Assembly (NCBI GenBank): GCA_963736005.1
Contig: CAVTNB010000001.1
Span: 960,001-1,024,000, forward strand
Source of the DNA: an uncultured Pseudomonadota bacterium
GTDB lineage: Bacteria; Vulcanimicrobiota; Vulcanimicrobiia; Eremiobacterales; Eremiobacteraceae
Length of the DNA: 64,000 nucleotides
Direction: 5' to 3'
The notes beneath the pieces were generated by a model. The model did no database searches. It saw nothing but the letters and a program-made list of their open reading frames with translations, and was not told where the DNA came from. Shown one piece after another: positions 49,386-59,580 of the stretch (positions within the stretch are counted from its first letter, which is position 1; every line of letters starts with the position of its first letter). A program made the translations under genes and the position numbers.

Positions 49386-50405
49386 ATGCGTCGCTTGAGT
49401 ATTGCAGTGCTTCTGGGTTTGAGCGCCGTGTTCGTGCTTGCCTCCGGGCTGCGGTCGGTGATGGCTGACCCCTCACAGGCACCAGCTCTGTCTGCCTCGC
49501 CTTCCTCAACTCCAAGCGCTTCAATTACGTTCCAGGAGTTCGCGCTGCCCACGCTCGGCGCCAACGCCCGCTCCATAACCCGTGGCCCAGACGGAGCCTT
49601 GTGGTTCACGGAGACCGATAACAACGCGATCGGACGGGTGACGGTCGCTGGTGAGGTGTCGAGGTTTGCGGTGCCCACCAGCGCATCGTCCCCCACGATC
49701 ATCACTCTCGGCCCGGATGGCGCTCTTTGGTTTACCGAGAAATCTTCAGGACTGATCGGACGGGTCACGACAAAGGGCGTTTTTAAGGAACTGAAATTGC
49801 CGACGAAGTTTTCCGCACCCGTTGGCATCGTGACAGGACCGGATGGCAATCTGTGGTTCACTGAATACGTCGCCGACAAAGTCGGTCAGATGACTCCAAG
49901 CGGACAAGTGCTCGAGTTTCCAATCGGAGCGCAAAGCGGCGCGACAGAAATCATCGTAGGCCCCGACAATAACTTGTGGTTTGCGGAACAAAACGGCAAC
50001 AAGATCGGCCGCATCACGACGGCTGGCACGCTGACAGAATTTCCGTTGCCGGGCGGCAATAACTACCCGACCAGCCTGGCCGCTGGCCCGGATGGTGCCG
50101 TATGGTTCACCGAGGTCGGCAGCGGCCGGATCGGGCGCATCACGACGGCCGGCAAAGTGCAGACCTACCTCATACCCACACGACATAGCGGTCCGAGCGG
50201 GATCACCGTCGGCCCCGATGGCAACATTTGGTTCACGGAAAACAACGTCAACCAACTCGGCGAGGTGAACGTGACGACCGGGGCTATTCGTGAGGTACCT
50301 CTGCCAACGTTAGCCGCCGGACCGTTTGGCATCGTCACGGGGCCCGATAATTCTTTGTGGGTTGTCGAATCCAACGCCGATAGGATCGCGCGCTACGCTA
50401 TTTGA
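49386..50405 (+). CDS. Secreted Vgb (virginiamycin B lyase)-like beta-propeller protein
   Basis: Signal peptide; seven GPDGxLWFTE-type repeats. Confidence 0.9.
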   Translation: MRRLSIAVLLGLSAVFVLASGLRSVMADPSQAPALSASPSSTPSASITFQEFALPTLGANARSITRGPDGALWFTETDNNAIGRVTVAGEVSRFAVPTSASSPTIITLGPDGALWFTEKSSGLIGRVTTKGVFKELKLPTKFSAPVGIVTGPDGNLWFTEYVADKVGQMTPSGQVLEFPIGAQSGATEIIVGPDNNLWFAEQNGNKIGRITTAGTLTEFPLPGGNNYPTSLAAGPDGAVWFTEVGSGRIGRITTAGKVQTYLIPTRHSGPSGITVGPDGNIWFTENNVNQLGEVNVTTGAIREVPLPTLAAGPFGIVTGPDNSLWVVESNADRIARYAI

Positions 50406-52389
50406 GGTAATGGTCCAGCCAAGCGAGCCATAAAGAATACAAATCCTCGACCCGCACAGGGCCACTCACTTCGTGACCCGATTCCGGCCAAGCAATAAAC
50501 TTCACGGGGACCTGATTGTCTTTGAGGGCGTGATACATCGCGTATGACTGCGTGATGGGGACGCGCACGTCGCCCGTGTTGGAGAAAATAAGTGTGGGCG
50601 TTTTGATGTTCTTCCAATACGAAATCGCCGACTGCTCCCGGCAGGCCGCCATGTTGTTCCCAACCCATGGCGAGCCTTTCCAATACCAAACGTCCGAAGC
50701 GTTGGAGTCGCTCAGATCGTAGTCTTCGAGGCAGTCCGTGTAGGCTGCGCCCAAAACGGCGGCTTTCCACACCTGATAGTGGCCGATCAGCCAGGCAGTC
50801 ATGTAGCCTCCATTCGACCATCCGCCGACGGCGATGCGCGAGGTGTCGACGATGCCAAGCTTCTCGACTGCCGCAAGACCTGCCATAATATCTTTGCCAG
50901 GACCGTCGCCCCCATCATTCCAGGTGGCATACATGTACGCGTTGCCGAGGTTATCGCTGCCCCGGTAGTTTGGTTGGAAGACGAGGTAGCCATGGGCGGC
51001 AACCAGGCGAATGTAGTCGTAGAAATCGGTATTGGATCCTTCGTTCGGTCCGCCGTGGATGCGCAACACGAGCGGGTACTTCTTTCCCTTCACGTAGCCC
51101 GGCGGGTATGTCAGCACGCCGTCTTCAGTGAACCCGTTGGGTCCAAGCCACGTGATCTCCTGATTCTCTCCAAAATCGAGTGCAGCGATGTCGTGATTGA
51201 AATCGGTGAGCCGGCGCGGCCGAGCATCGACCGAACTCATGTAGTAAAGCTCTGTGGGCCGCGTGGCCTGATACCCGGAAAATGCTATAGCACCATCCTT
51301 GCCGACCGTTGCATCGATGTTGTTGTCGTTTGAAGGGTCAAGGTCGCCAAGATCCAGCTTGCGCGGCGGCCCGCCGAGCGGCTGCACCCAGAGCGAGGTG
51401 CGCGTGCCGTCAGGGGCTCCGATGAGAAGCGAATTGCTATCGGGCATCCAGAATGCGCCGTTGACGTCGCGATCGATGTGCGGCATGGCGTTGACCCCGT
51501 CGCCGCCTTGCGCCGGTGCGACAAAGACATTCCCTTCGTTCATGTCGTTGCCGTTCAATGAGTACCAATAGGCAATCTTCGTGCCATCTGGCGAGAATGC
51601 CGAATAGTCTTCAAAGCGCGTGTGACTCGTGAGTTTGCGAACTTGTTTGGTTACGACGTTGACCACAATAATGGTCGAACGATCGCCGTCCCCGGTGTGC
51701 GGGGTCGGAACGCGGGTCAGCACGACCTCACGACCGTCCGGTGACCATGACAGCGGCACTGAAATGTCAGGCGTCGCAAGACTCCACGAGCCCGAGGTTA
51801 TCCGCTGCGGCGCACCGCCGCTCGCAGGCACGAGCCACAAGTGGATGGGCATCGGCTCTTGCGTTGTGAGGTATGGGTCATCACCCACCTTGAAGTAGTC
51901 ATGGCCTTGCTCCATGGCGCTCTTGTTCGGCGGCTCGTTCTCCGTGGTGAATGCGAGCGCGGAGCCGTCAGGTTTCCAACTGAACACGTCAACGCCGTTG
52001 GGAACGTTGGTCAGCCTACGCGGCTCTCCGCCCTGCATCGACATCATAAAGATCTGGTCTTCCTGGGTGTCACCCGCCGTGTCCGGCGCGGTGAAAGCAA
52101 TGCGATCGCCGCTTGGAGACCATTGCGGCGATGCTATGCCAGGACGGCTCGAGGTCAGTGCTCGTTGCGCTCCAGTCCCGATATCGATGAGGAGAAGCTC
52201 GGAATCGTAATCATTTTGGGCGTAGTTCGGCCTGGTCACGACACAGACGATCTGCTTGCCATCGGGCGAAATCTGCGGATCTGCAACATCGACGATGCGC
52301 CGGACGTCGGAGATTTGGATGGTGCGCGCACTCACGGTTAAGGGGGTCGCGCTCAGCAAAAGGAAAGCGACAATAAATATTTTACGCAT
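50398..52389 (-). CDS. S9 family serine peptidase (acylaminoacyl/dipeptidyl aminopeptidase)
   Basis: Signal peptide, WSPDG propeller repeats, HGGP, PNYRGS, GWSNGGY, DVRVP and SGH. Confidence 0.95.
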   Translation of the reverse strand: MRKIFIVAFLLLSATPLTVSARTIQISDVRRIVDVADPQISPDGKQIVCVVTRPNYAQNDYDSELLLIDIGTGAQRALTSSRPGIASPQWSPSGDRIAFTAPDTAGDTQEDQIFMMSMQGGEPRRLTNVPNGVDVFSWKPDGSALAFTTENEPPNKSAMEQGHDYFKVGDDPYLTTQEPMPIHLWLVPASGGAPQRITSGSWSLATPDISVPLSWSPDGREVVLTRVPTPHTGDGDRSTIIVVNVVTKQVRKLTSHTRFEDYSAFSPDGTKIAYWYSLNGNDMNEGNVFVAPAQGGDGVNAMPHIDRDVNGAFWMPDSNSLLIGAPDGTRTSLWVQPLGGPPRKLDLGDLDPSNDNNIDATVGKDGAIAFSGYQATRPTELYYMSSVDARPRRLTDFNHDIAALDFGENQEITWLGPNGFTEDGVLTYPPGYVKGKKYPLVLRIHGGPNEGSNTDFYDYIRLVAAHGYLVFQPNYRGSDNLGNAYMYATWNDGGDGPGKDIMAGLAAVEKLGIVDTSRIAVGGWSNGGYMTAWLIGHYQVWKAAVLGAAYTDCLEDYDLSDSNASDVWYWKGSPWVGNNMAACREQSAISYWKNIKTPTLIFSNTGDVRVPITQSYAMYHALKDNQVPVKFIAWPESGHEVSGPVRVEDLYSLWLAWLDHYLK

Positions 52390-52435
52390 GCCGTTCGCTA
52401 CAGTGGAGAAAGATTCGCTTCCTGCATGGTAAAGT

Positions 52436-52460
52436 ATAGTCGCGCGAATTCATTCGCACG
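52436..52460. repeat. Family C REP-like element (degenerate)
   Basis: ATAGTCGCGCGAATTCATTCGCACG. Confidence 0.6.
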
Positions 52461-52472
52461 CCGTCTCAGGGA

Positions 52473-53369
52473 ATGTCGATGCAATATCACTTCGAGCAGG
52501 TCGACGTCTTTACGAAGAAAAGGTTTGCTGGCAATCCGCTGGCTGTCTTTACGGAGGCGCAAGGCTTGTCGCCCGAAGACATGCAGCGGGTCGCTCGGGA
52601 GATGAACCTTTCGGAAACGACGTTTGTCGTTCCATCGACGATCCCAGACTGCGTCGCGCGATACGTCATCTTTACACCCGATGACGAGATGCCATTTGCC
52701 GGCCATCCGACGGTTGGCACCGCATACGTGCTCGCGCGACTCGGCAAGGTTCCGAGCGGCTCGAACACGCTCAATCTGGAGGCCAAGGTCGGTAAGGTGG
52801 CCGTGCGCGTCGAAGGTCCAAGCAATAACCCTACTGCCCTCTTCTTCACCTCTCCACCCATCGTTTTTGGATCGCGCTGCGACAATCGAGCCGCTGTCGC
52901 TGATGCGCTCGGCCTGCGCGAGTCAGATCTCTTGGCCACTGCACCCGTGGAAGAGGCTGGTTGCCCAGTGTTGCATCCCTACGTTGGCCTCGCGAGCCCC
53001 GAGCTTGTCGACTCTGTTACCGTGAACGAGAAGCTGTTTGTCAAAGCCATGAACAAACCTAAGACGAGCGGGGTCTACATCTTTGCATCAAAGCACGAGA
53101 CCCAAGGTATCTACGCGCGTTTCTTTTCCTTTACGAAGGCTGGGACCATCGAGGATCCCGCCACCGGATCGGCGGCAAGCCCCCTCGCCGCCTATCTTCT
53201 ACGACATGGTCTTCTCGGTGAGGGCAACGAGTTTGCGGTAGAACAGGGGACAAAAATGGGCCGGCAATCGTTTCTCACGGTTTCGTTGACGCGCCGGGGA
53301 CGCAGCGCTGACAAGATTGAAGTTGGGGGTAGCGCTGTCTCCGTGCTTTCCGGCACGCTCGTCATGTAA
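52473..53369 (+). CDS. PhzF family isomerase
   Basis: QVDVFT, GNPLAV, REMNLSETTFV, EMPFAGHPTVG, EDPATGSA and EQGTKMGR. Confidence 0.95.
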   Translation: MSMQYHFEQVDVFTKKRFAGNPLAVFTEAQGLSPEDMQRVAREMNLSETTFVVPSTIPDCVARYVIFTPDDEMPFAGHPTVGTAYVLARLGKVPSGSNTLNLEAKVGKVAVRVEGPSNNPTALFFTSPPIVFGSRCDNRAAVADALGLRESDLLATAPVEEAGCPVLHPYVGLASPELVDSVTVNEKLFVKAMNKPKTSGVYIFASKHETQGIYARFFSFTKAGTIEDPATGSAASPLAAYLLRHGLLGEGNEFAVEQGTKMGRQSFLTVSLTRRGRSADKIEVGGSAVSVLSGTLVM

Positions 53370-53388
53370 TGTCGCCCACGAGGTTACC

Positions 53389-54039
53389 ATGATTCGCTTC
53401 ATTTATTATCTCGACGTCATGTCATCTTGGTGCTACTATGCCGAGCCGAACGTCGAGCGCGTGCGCAAAAAATATGGGGACCGGCTGGCCTATGAATGGC
53501 GCATCTCTCTTGTGACTGACCATCCACCAGGCGGCTGGTCTATCGAACAGATGAAATGGTTTTACAAGCGTTCGGCCTCCATCTCGGGCACCCAGCTCAA
53601 TCCGGAATGGTGCCATGGGCAGCACTCAACGCTGCAGCCTAATCTGGCCGCGGAGGCGGCGCGCGAATTGGGTTTTGCAGACGACCGCGTGCGTCGTGCC
53701 CTCGCGCACGCGGCGCTCATCGAAGGGGTCCCAATCTATCACAAAAGCGAGGCAGTGGCGGTCGCCTCGGCGGCTAGCGGTCTCGATGACAAGAAACTCT
53801 TCGAGCTGATGGACGATCCAAAGATCGAAGAACGCATTCGGGCGACAAGTGCGGAGTTCGCGTCATTTCAGATCGACCAGCGACCGGCGTTCGTGTTGCG
53901 AAGCGGCATCGGGGACACGGCAATCTTCTCCGGTGTGTGGACCTTCCAACCCCTTGATGCAACGATTGAAGCGATGCTTCACGAGGAGGACCAATATGCG
54001 AAGTTCGCGGCCGCGAACCCGCCGATGCCAGCGCGGTAA
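53389..54039 (+). CDS. DsbA/FrnE-like thioredoxin-fold protein
   Basis: YYLDVMSSWCYYAEP and QRPAFV. Confidence 0.82.
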   Translation: MIRFIYYLDVMSSWCYYAEPNVERVRKKYGDRLAYEWRISLVTDHPPGGWSIEQMKWFYKRSASISGTQLNPEWCHGQHSTLQPNLAAEAARELGFADDRVRRALAHAALIEGVPIYHKSEAVAVASAASGLDDKKLFELMDDPKIEERIRATSAEFASFQIDQRPAFVLRSGIGDTAIFSGVWTFQPLDATIEAMLHEEDQYAKFAAANPPMPAR

Positions 54040-54043
54040 AGGT

Positions 54044-56209
54044 TTAGGTGCCTTCGCCGCCACCGAAACGTAGGACGTACTTCACGATCAGTCGATCGAG
54101 GGAGACTGAGGCTGCCGGCGTGCCGTAATTGACGAACAACTCGTTGCCGTTGGGCAATTTCTCGTGAAAGCCGGCCGCAAGATTCACTCCTGGCGATGCA
54201 AAGCCACCGGTGCCATTGATTCCGCGAAGCGCTAAGGTCATGTTCGTATCGGGCCCGAGCGACTCACCAATCGCGATGCTGCGAAGGATCTGCCCATTGA
54301 CGCCGATGCTTTCGGAACGCTCGTGCGTGCCCGCGTAGATCAGGGAGAGATTGAGGTGCGTGCCGATTGGTCGAGTGCTCGACCATTGAAACTGCTGGAG
54401 ATAAAACGTCGAAAACGGCCCTTCTCCGTAAAAGAAATCAATCGGGGACGGCGTGCCGTCGCGATATCCCAGCGTGAACGAAGATTGATTGAAGGGCAGC
54501 ATGACGCCGCCGGTGAGGACGGGATCGTCAAGCGAACTCGACGACTGCGTCAGATTGAGGTGGAACAGGTTATTCGTGTAGATATCGGTCGTACCAAAGA
54601 CATCTGCTTCTTTGACGTTCCCCACATGATTGAGAAAGCGATCCACGGCAAAAAAGCCGCTCCAGGTTTTGATCCCTGGGCTGGATGTGGTGAAATCGGT
54701 AAATGCCTGAGGTCCGTGGATATCGTTGACCGCTGTGAACCCATCGAGCGGTGCATAGCCGGGACTAATATCGAGGTACCCGATGTTCCACTCGTAGTTG
54801 GGCTTGTGCACGTCCACAAATGCGTTTCGAGAGAACGCGAAAAGATCTCCGGGATCAGTTGTCAGATTCTTTTGCTCCAACGACTGATCGTACCCCCACA
54901 CAAACCCCGTCTTGAGATTTCTGCCCGCGATGCCGCTCTCAAATGTGCTATCGTTGCCGATATCGTGGTGCGCTAGTACGCCATCCACCCAGTAGAGAAA
55001 GCTGCGATCTGGTAACGAATGCTTGAAGCCAAAGGCTTGGTCGTCCAGCACATCGCCGTTCACGGTGCTGCGCACGGAAAGCAAGCCGAGTGATTGATCG
55101 CCGTATGTCCCCTCGAGTTTGAGGCCGCGATCGAAGGCGCCTATGCCCGGCGTGTAGAGCACCTGATCCGAGGTTGCGATATTGTTGCCGATGGGGAATG
55201 CTGTGTTGGTAAAGTATTGCGCCCCTTGCGCAAAAAATGGCCGGTATTCTGTGAGATTGCGAGGGAACTCTTGGGGCACAATTGTTTGCTGATCGACTTC
55301 AACGTTTGAGAAGTCCGGGTTGAGCGTTCCTACTGCAGCGATCGTGCTTGTCAACGGGTAGACAAAATCGAGCCCGTAATTTCGAACGGATTGTGTTGCA
55401 AACGAGTTGTTTGCTTGTTGGAACACATTTCGGTCTTTGCCGATGCTCTCAAGCCCGTAGATCGCGGCGCGAGGCTTCGGGCGAGTTGCGTTCCCCACAA
55501 TGTTCAAGTTTGAGAGCGTTGGCCAGAAGCGGGCATCCGTAAACGTTGGCCAGTTCGGTGGCTGCGCATCTTGCATCAATCCATCGTATGACCAGGTGTA
55601 GTGATCCCCAACGCCGGCGACGATGCGAATGAAGTTGATGCGCCAGCTCTTGTTCTTGCCGGCGGCAGCGCGCAGGTCTTTCAGCGGAATCGTAAACATT
55701 GCCGCCCATGCCGACCCCTGCACGGCGGTCGTCACCTTCCAAGGTGGATCGTACCGGCTGGATTCCGACGACTGCTGGTATCGAACGCCTCGAGGCGTTG
55801 CTTCGAAGAAGTAGACTTCCTGGCCCGCGCTCGTGTCGATGCCCACCCCCACAGCGTCGTCTTGTCCGAAACCGATTTGGTTCGTCGTTTGACTTGCGTG
55901 GATGGGCATGCCATCTTGCTCGGCGCGGATCGCAACGTACAAGTTCGCGTCATCGTAGAGCAAGTATGCTGTCGTTGGCAGCGTCGCTGGGCGCCGGGTC
56001 GTCAGGTTGAAAAAATTGGCGGCTTTGACCGCCTTTTGCCACGCCGGATCAGTCAGGCCGATGTCAAACTTCGGGGGCGCATCGGCGCGGGAGGCTTGGA
56101 ACGACAGCGTGGGGTCCGCAGCCGCAGCAGCGGGCGCGCAAAGGAAAAGTCCGACGGCGATGATTGCCGTGCTGGAAACCCCGAGGATGCGCAAAAGCCC
56201 CGTGCCCAT
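54044..56209 (-). CDS. CBM9-like sugar-binding domain plus DUF5916-like probable beta-barrel protein
   Basis: YLLYDDANLY, WRINF, TLNPDFSNVEVD and EYRPFF. Confidence 0.75.
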   Translation of the reverse strand: MGTGLLRILGVSSTAIIAVGLFLCAPAAAAADPTLSFQASRADAPPKFDIGLTDPAWQKAVKAANFFNLTTRRPATLPTTAYLLYDDANLYVAIRAEQDGMPIHASQTTNQIGFGQDDAVGVGIDTSAGQEVYFFEATPRGVRYQQSSESSRYDPPWKVTTAVQGSAWAAMFTIPLKDLRAAAGKNKSWRINFIRIVAGVGDHYTWSYDGLMQDAQPPNWPTFTDARFWPTLSNLNIVGNATRPKPRAAIYGLESIGKDRNVFQQANNSFATQSVRNYGLDFVYPLTSTIAAVGTLNPDFSNVEVDQQTIVPQEFPRNLTEYRPFFAQGAQYFTNTAFPIGNNIATSDQVLYTPGIGAFDRGLKLEGTYGDQSLGLLSVRSTVNGDVLDDQAFGFKHSLPDRSFLYWVDGVLAHHDIGNDSTFESGIAGRNLKTGFVWGYDQSLEQKNLTTDPGDLFAFSRNAFVDVHKPNYEWNIGYLDISPGYAPLDGFTAVNDIHGPQAFTDFTTSSPGIKTWSGFFAVDRFLNHVGNVKEADVFGTTDIYTNNLFHLNLTQSSSSLDDPVLTGGVMLPFNQSSFTLGYRDGTPSPIDFFYGEGPFSTFYLQQFQWSSTRPIGTHLNLSLIYAGTHERSESIGVNGQILRSIAIGESLGPDTNMTLALRGINGTGGFASPGVNLAAGFHEKLPNGNELFVNYGTPAASVSLDRLIVKYVLRFGGGEGT

Positions 56210-56463
56210 TCGGGTCAATCTACAGCGGCGACAGGCAGAAAGTTTCAGCCCATGTCGATCGGCTGGCCGCGGCATCGAGTATTCTATATCATGCTCCGGT
56301 AAGTTACGGACTTGCAGCCTGGTTGGTTAGCTCTGCTTTTTGTGCGTACCTGGCGTCTGAGTACCCTTCCCTGGATTTTTCATGAATGTCAAACTGCGCG
56401 CTCTCAGCGCACCTTCAGTGCGGACGGATACACTATCGTACGACGGGGCTTTTGGGGAGTATC

Positions 56464-57006
56464 ATGAATCAAGAATCGCTGCTGAAGATTGCTAGAAAGT
56501 TTGTCCTGCTTGTCGTGGTCACGACGATGGTCGCGGCCTGTGGAGGCGGCGGTGGCGGGTCTGTGGCACCTCTGCCGCAGACGACTGCGCAACCAATTCC
56601 ATCACCAACCGGCGCGAGCGTTCTTTCCACGCGATCGCTCAAGGGTGCAGCCGGCTTTGTGAATTCCGCTGGATTCACCGTTTACGTTTTCGATAAAGAT
56701 CTTACCGACCCAGGCCATTCAACCTGCAACGGTAATGATGGATGCACGCAGAACTGGCCACCGGTTCGTCCGCCTTCCGGCGTGACGCTCAGCGGGCAGT
56801 TCGCGACGATCACGCGCGACGATGGCACGACGCAGCTTACGTATGCAGGCCGCCCGCTGTACACGTTCGTCGTCGATACCGCACCTGGACAGACAAATGG
56901 GGACGGCGTCAATGCCTTCGGCGGCATCTGGCACATCGCTAGTCCACAATCGAATGCGACACCGGATCCCTCGCCCACACCACAACCGACGCACAGTCCG
57001 TATTAA
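56464..57006 (+). CDS. Lipoprotein with Yx(FWY)xxD repeats (COG4315-like)
   Basis: Lipobox VAAC; VYVFDKD, CTQNWPP, RPLYTFVVD and GIWH. Confidence 0.88.
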   Translation: MNQESLLKIARKFVLLVVVTTMVAACGGGGGGSVAPLPQTTAQPIPSPTGASVLSTRSLKGAAGFVNSAGFTVYVFDKDLTDPGHSTCNGNDGCTQNWPPVRPPSGVTLSGQFATITRDDGTTQLTYAGRPLYTFVVDTAPGQTNGDGVNAFGGIWHIASPQSNATPDPSPTPQPTHSPY

Positions 57007-57013
57007 ACGAAGA

Positions 57014-57040
57014 TGGGCGACTTGACAGTCGCCCACCACA
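57014..57040. repeat. Family A variant REP-like element
   Basis: TGGGCGACTTGACAGTCGCCCA between convergent genes. Confidence 0.75.
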
Positions 57041-57055
57041 TTTTTATCCCACATT

Positions 57056-59512
57056 TTAGCGACGTACTAACTCAACTCGGCGGTTCAACGCCCTTCCCTG
57101 CGCGGTATCGTTCGATGCCTTCGGCCGCGAAAAGCCATAACCGATCGTGCTCAGTCGCTGTGCACTTGTGTGGTAACGGGTGACCAAGGCATTCTTGACC
57201 GAGGTAGCACGCCGCTTGGAAAGGTCGAGGTTGTACCCAACTCCGCCCACGTTGTCCGTGTGCCCTTCAATCGTGAGATTCCAAGAGGGATTAGCCTTGA
57301 GGGCATCGGCAATTTCAACCAGCACGGGCGTTGACTCGGGCTTGAGCGTTGCACTGGCGAAGTCAAAGTAAATTCCGTAGACGACGACTCGCTTCGCAGT
57401 TGCCAGCGTTTTTGCAATTTTTGGCGTCGCCGGTACGGATGCAGCGCGAGCTGTGGGTGGGGGAGTTTGCGCGCCCGCCGAAGCGATCGTTACGGTCGTG
57501 TTTGTCGTGTTGCCGGCGGCGTCGGTACCCGTAACGACAAACGGGTAGCTGCCCGGCTTGGCTTTGGCTGGAACGCTCACGTTGAGGTTCGACTGCGCGG
57601 AGCCGCCATTCAATGGAAGCTTGCTGTTCGACAGGGACGTAGGCCATGGGGCGTCGGCTGGCGCCTTCACCGCAAGGTTCACCGTTCCGGAGAACCCATG
57701 ACTGGCAAGCAAGGTGAGCGGAGTGGTCACCGTCTGCGATCTCCCAGGCGAGAAGGTGCCGCTGCCGCCAGATTGAGCCACGGTAAACGGGGTCGAAACT
57801 AGTTGGCTGCACGGAAGCGCGGCATCTGCCGGCTGCGCAAGTTCAAGGAGCACGATTCTTTGGTATTGCGGGATATCATCATCGTCCGTATCGAGCCCGT
57901 CGTAGATCATTAACCCCTGTCCCAACGGCGCATACATTTGAAAGTAGCCGTTTTGATTGAGTACGTTGGTTCCGTACAAATGTCCGCACCAGTGTTTGTC
58001 CTGCGTCACGACGGTATTTGCATCGCCAAGTTGCTGGTTGCTCACTGCAAGGTATCCCTTGACGTCGACAAAGTGCGCCTTGTCCGAGGCGTTACTTCCT
58101 AATGTATCTGACTCAACCAAAATCAGATTGCTCCCGCGCGCGGCATTCTTGCCTGGATTTGAGGTTGTAAAAGCATACGGCAAGAAGCTATAGTCGGTCT
58201 GCGTGCAGTCGTCGGCGTCATGAATGATCAGTTTGCCCCCGCTGTAGACCCAGTCGGTGAGGGCCTGCGTCTGCGTCTTGGTCAGCACCGAGCTGGCATT
58301 GCAAATCGAGGAGAACACGACCGTCTGATAGCCGGCGAGCACTTGTGGATCGAAACGGGCGACTGGCAACGGCACGATGCGATAGCCTGGGTAGAGCGGC
58401 GGGCCGACCGTCGTAATGCCGCCCATAGCGGGTTGACCATAGGGCGCATAGCGGTTCGGGCCCACGGTGTCGTACAGCTCCAATACGGGCGTGCCACTGC
58501 CTTGCGGCTTGGCTCCGGCGAAAACTGAGTCGCACGACTCGCTGCCGCTTATGCGGACCGCAACCCAACTATTGTATCCGCCGAAGGCGCCTACCATGAT
58601 CGTATTATCCTCGTTGACCACAGCCGGGTTTAGCGCCTCATCCGCCTCATTGAGAGTCACCGTGAGGCCTGCTTCGTTTCCGTGAAATGCACTGACGCCA
58701 TCCTTTGAACACCGCGAGCCGTTAAGATCGCTCCCAGACTGGTGAATTTCGAGCAGAGTGTCGCTCGGCGACACCTCGCTAATACTTAGAGGAGCGGCCG
58801 GAAAGACACCAGCTGAATCCCCCGGTATGCCAAGATGTGGATATGGATCGTCGGGATAGAATTTCCACAAGCCTGCGACGGGCGCTGCGACCGGTCTCGG
58901 ATCGAACGTGCCGTTAACTTGCACGTCGTAGAGATGGGTCCCCGAAGCGTTTCCATCAATGGTTACCTTGATCCAACGACCCTTTGCCGGCGTTGAAAGA
59001 TCGAAAGTCTGATCCTGGTCTCCGCTGAGCCCGTAGGTCCCCACCTCAGAGAATCCCGAGGTGGCGCTTTGCGATGAGACTGCGACGTGCACAGTTTGGT
59101 TGGGCACTGGTTGGTTCTGTCCGTTGATGGTCATGTCGCCAAGACCAAGCACGATTTGCTGAATCGTCGCTGAACTAGGCAACTCGAAAACAAACTCGTA
59201 GGGGCCGGTCGAGCCCTCCTTTGCAGTCCAGCCTGGAGTGCCTATGAGAAGGTTTTCTGGCGGGGTGTCGAGCGATGACGCGGGCCAGGATCGCAAGATC
59301 GTGCCCTGGGTGAATGAGATCAGATTTCCCGAACCGGTAGAGGTCACTTCAGCTGCAGGTTGCGCCGACGAGGCCGTGGACCCGGTTTGCTCACCTGCTC
59401 CAGCACTTGGTGATGGTGGTGTAGCAGCGGGTGGCTGCGTATTCTTTGCGCATCCCGAAAGAAAGCTTGTCACCAAGCACGCGAGGACGATCATTGCCAT
59501 CGTGGACTTCAC
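57056..59512 (-). CDS. Multidomain lipoprotein with C-terminal OmpA-like peptidoglycan-binding domain
   Basis: Lipobox LSGC; IYFDFAS, IEGHTD, NLDLSKRRA and NRRVE. Confidence 0.9.
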   Translation of the reverse strand: MKSTMAMIVLACLVTSFLSGCAKNTQPPAATPPSPSAGAGEQTGSTASSAQPAAEVTSTGSGNLISFTQGTILRSWPASSLDTPPENLLIGTPGWTAKEGSTGPYEFVFELPSSATIQQIVLGLGDMTINGQNQPVPNQTVHVAVSSQSATSGFSEVGTYGLSGDQDQTFDLSTPAKGRWIKVTIDGNASGTHLYDVQVNGTFDPRPVAAPVAGLWKFYPDDPYPHLGIPGDSAGVFPAAPLSISEVSPSDTLLEIHQSGSDLNGSRCSKDGVSAFHGNEAGLTVTLNEADEALNPAVVNEDNTIMVGAFGGYNSWVAVRISGSESCDSVFAGAKPQGSGTPVLELYDTVGPNRYAPYGQPAMGGITTVGPPLYPGYRIVPLPVARFDPQVLAGYQTVVFSSICNASSVLTKTQTQALTDWVYSGGKLIIHDADDCTQTDYSFLPYAFTTSNPGKNAARGSNLILVESDTLGSNASDKAHFVDVKGYLAVSNQQLGDANTVVTQDKHWCGHLYGTNVLNQNGYFQMYAPLGQGLMIYDGLDTDDDDIPQYQRIVLLELAQPADAALPCSQLVSTPFTVAQSGGSGTFSPGRSQTVTTPLTLLASHGFSGTVNLAVKAPADAPWPTSLSNSKLPLNGGSAQSNLNVSVPAKAKPGSYPFVVTGTDAAGNTTNTTVTIASAGAQTPPPTARAASVPATPKIAKTLATAKRVVVYGIYFDFASATLKPESTPVLVEIADALKANPSWNLTIEGHTDNVGGVGYNLDLSKRRATSVKNALVTRYHTSAQRLSTIGYGFSRPKASNDTAQGRALNRRVELVRR

Positions 59513-59530
59513 TGCGGAACCTCCACTATA

Positions 59531-59555
59531 CGCGCGAATAAATTCGCGCGACTAC
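59531..59555. repeat. GTAG-type REP-like element, family C
   Basis: CGCGCGAATAAATTCGCGCGACTAC. Confidence 0.8.
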
Positions 59556-59580
59556 AAGGATCGCCCACCACAGCTATAGT

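Noticed and set aside
49386..50405. Streptogramin B resistance gene (vgb)
   Set aside because: It has a signal peptide and only a generic propeller repeat pattern; lyase activity cannot be supported from the sequence.
52473..53369. Phenazine biosynthesis locus
   Set aside because: Isolated PhzF-family gene with no other phz genes nearby.
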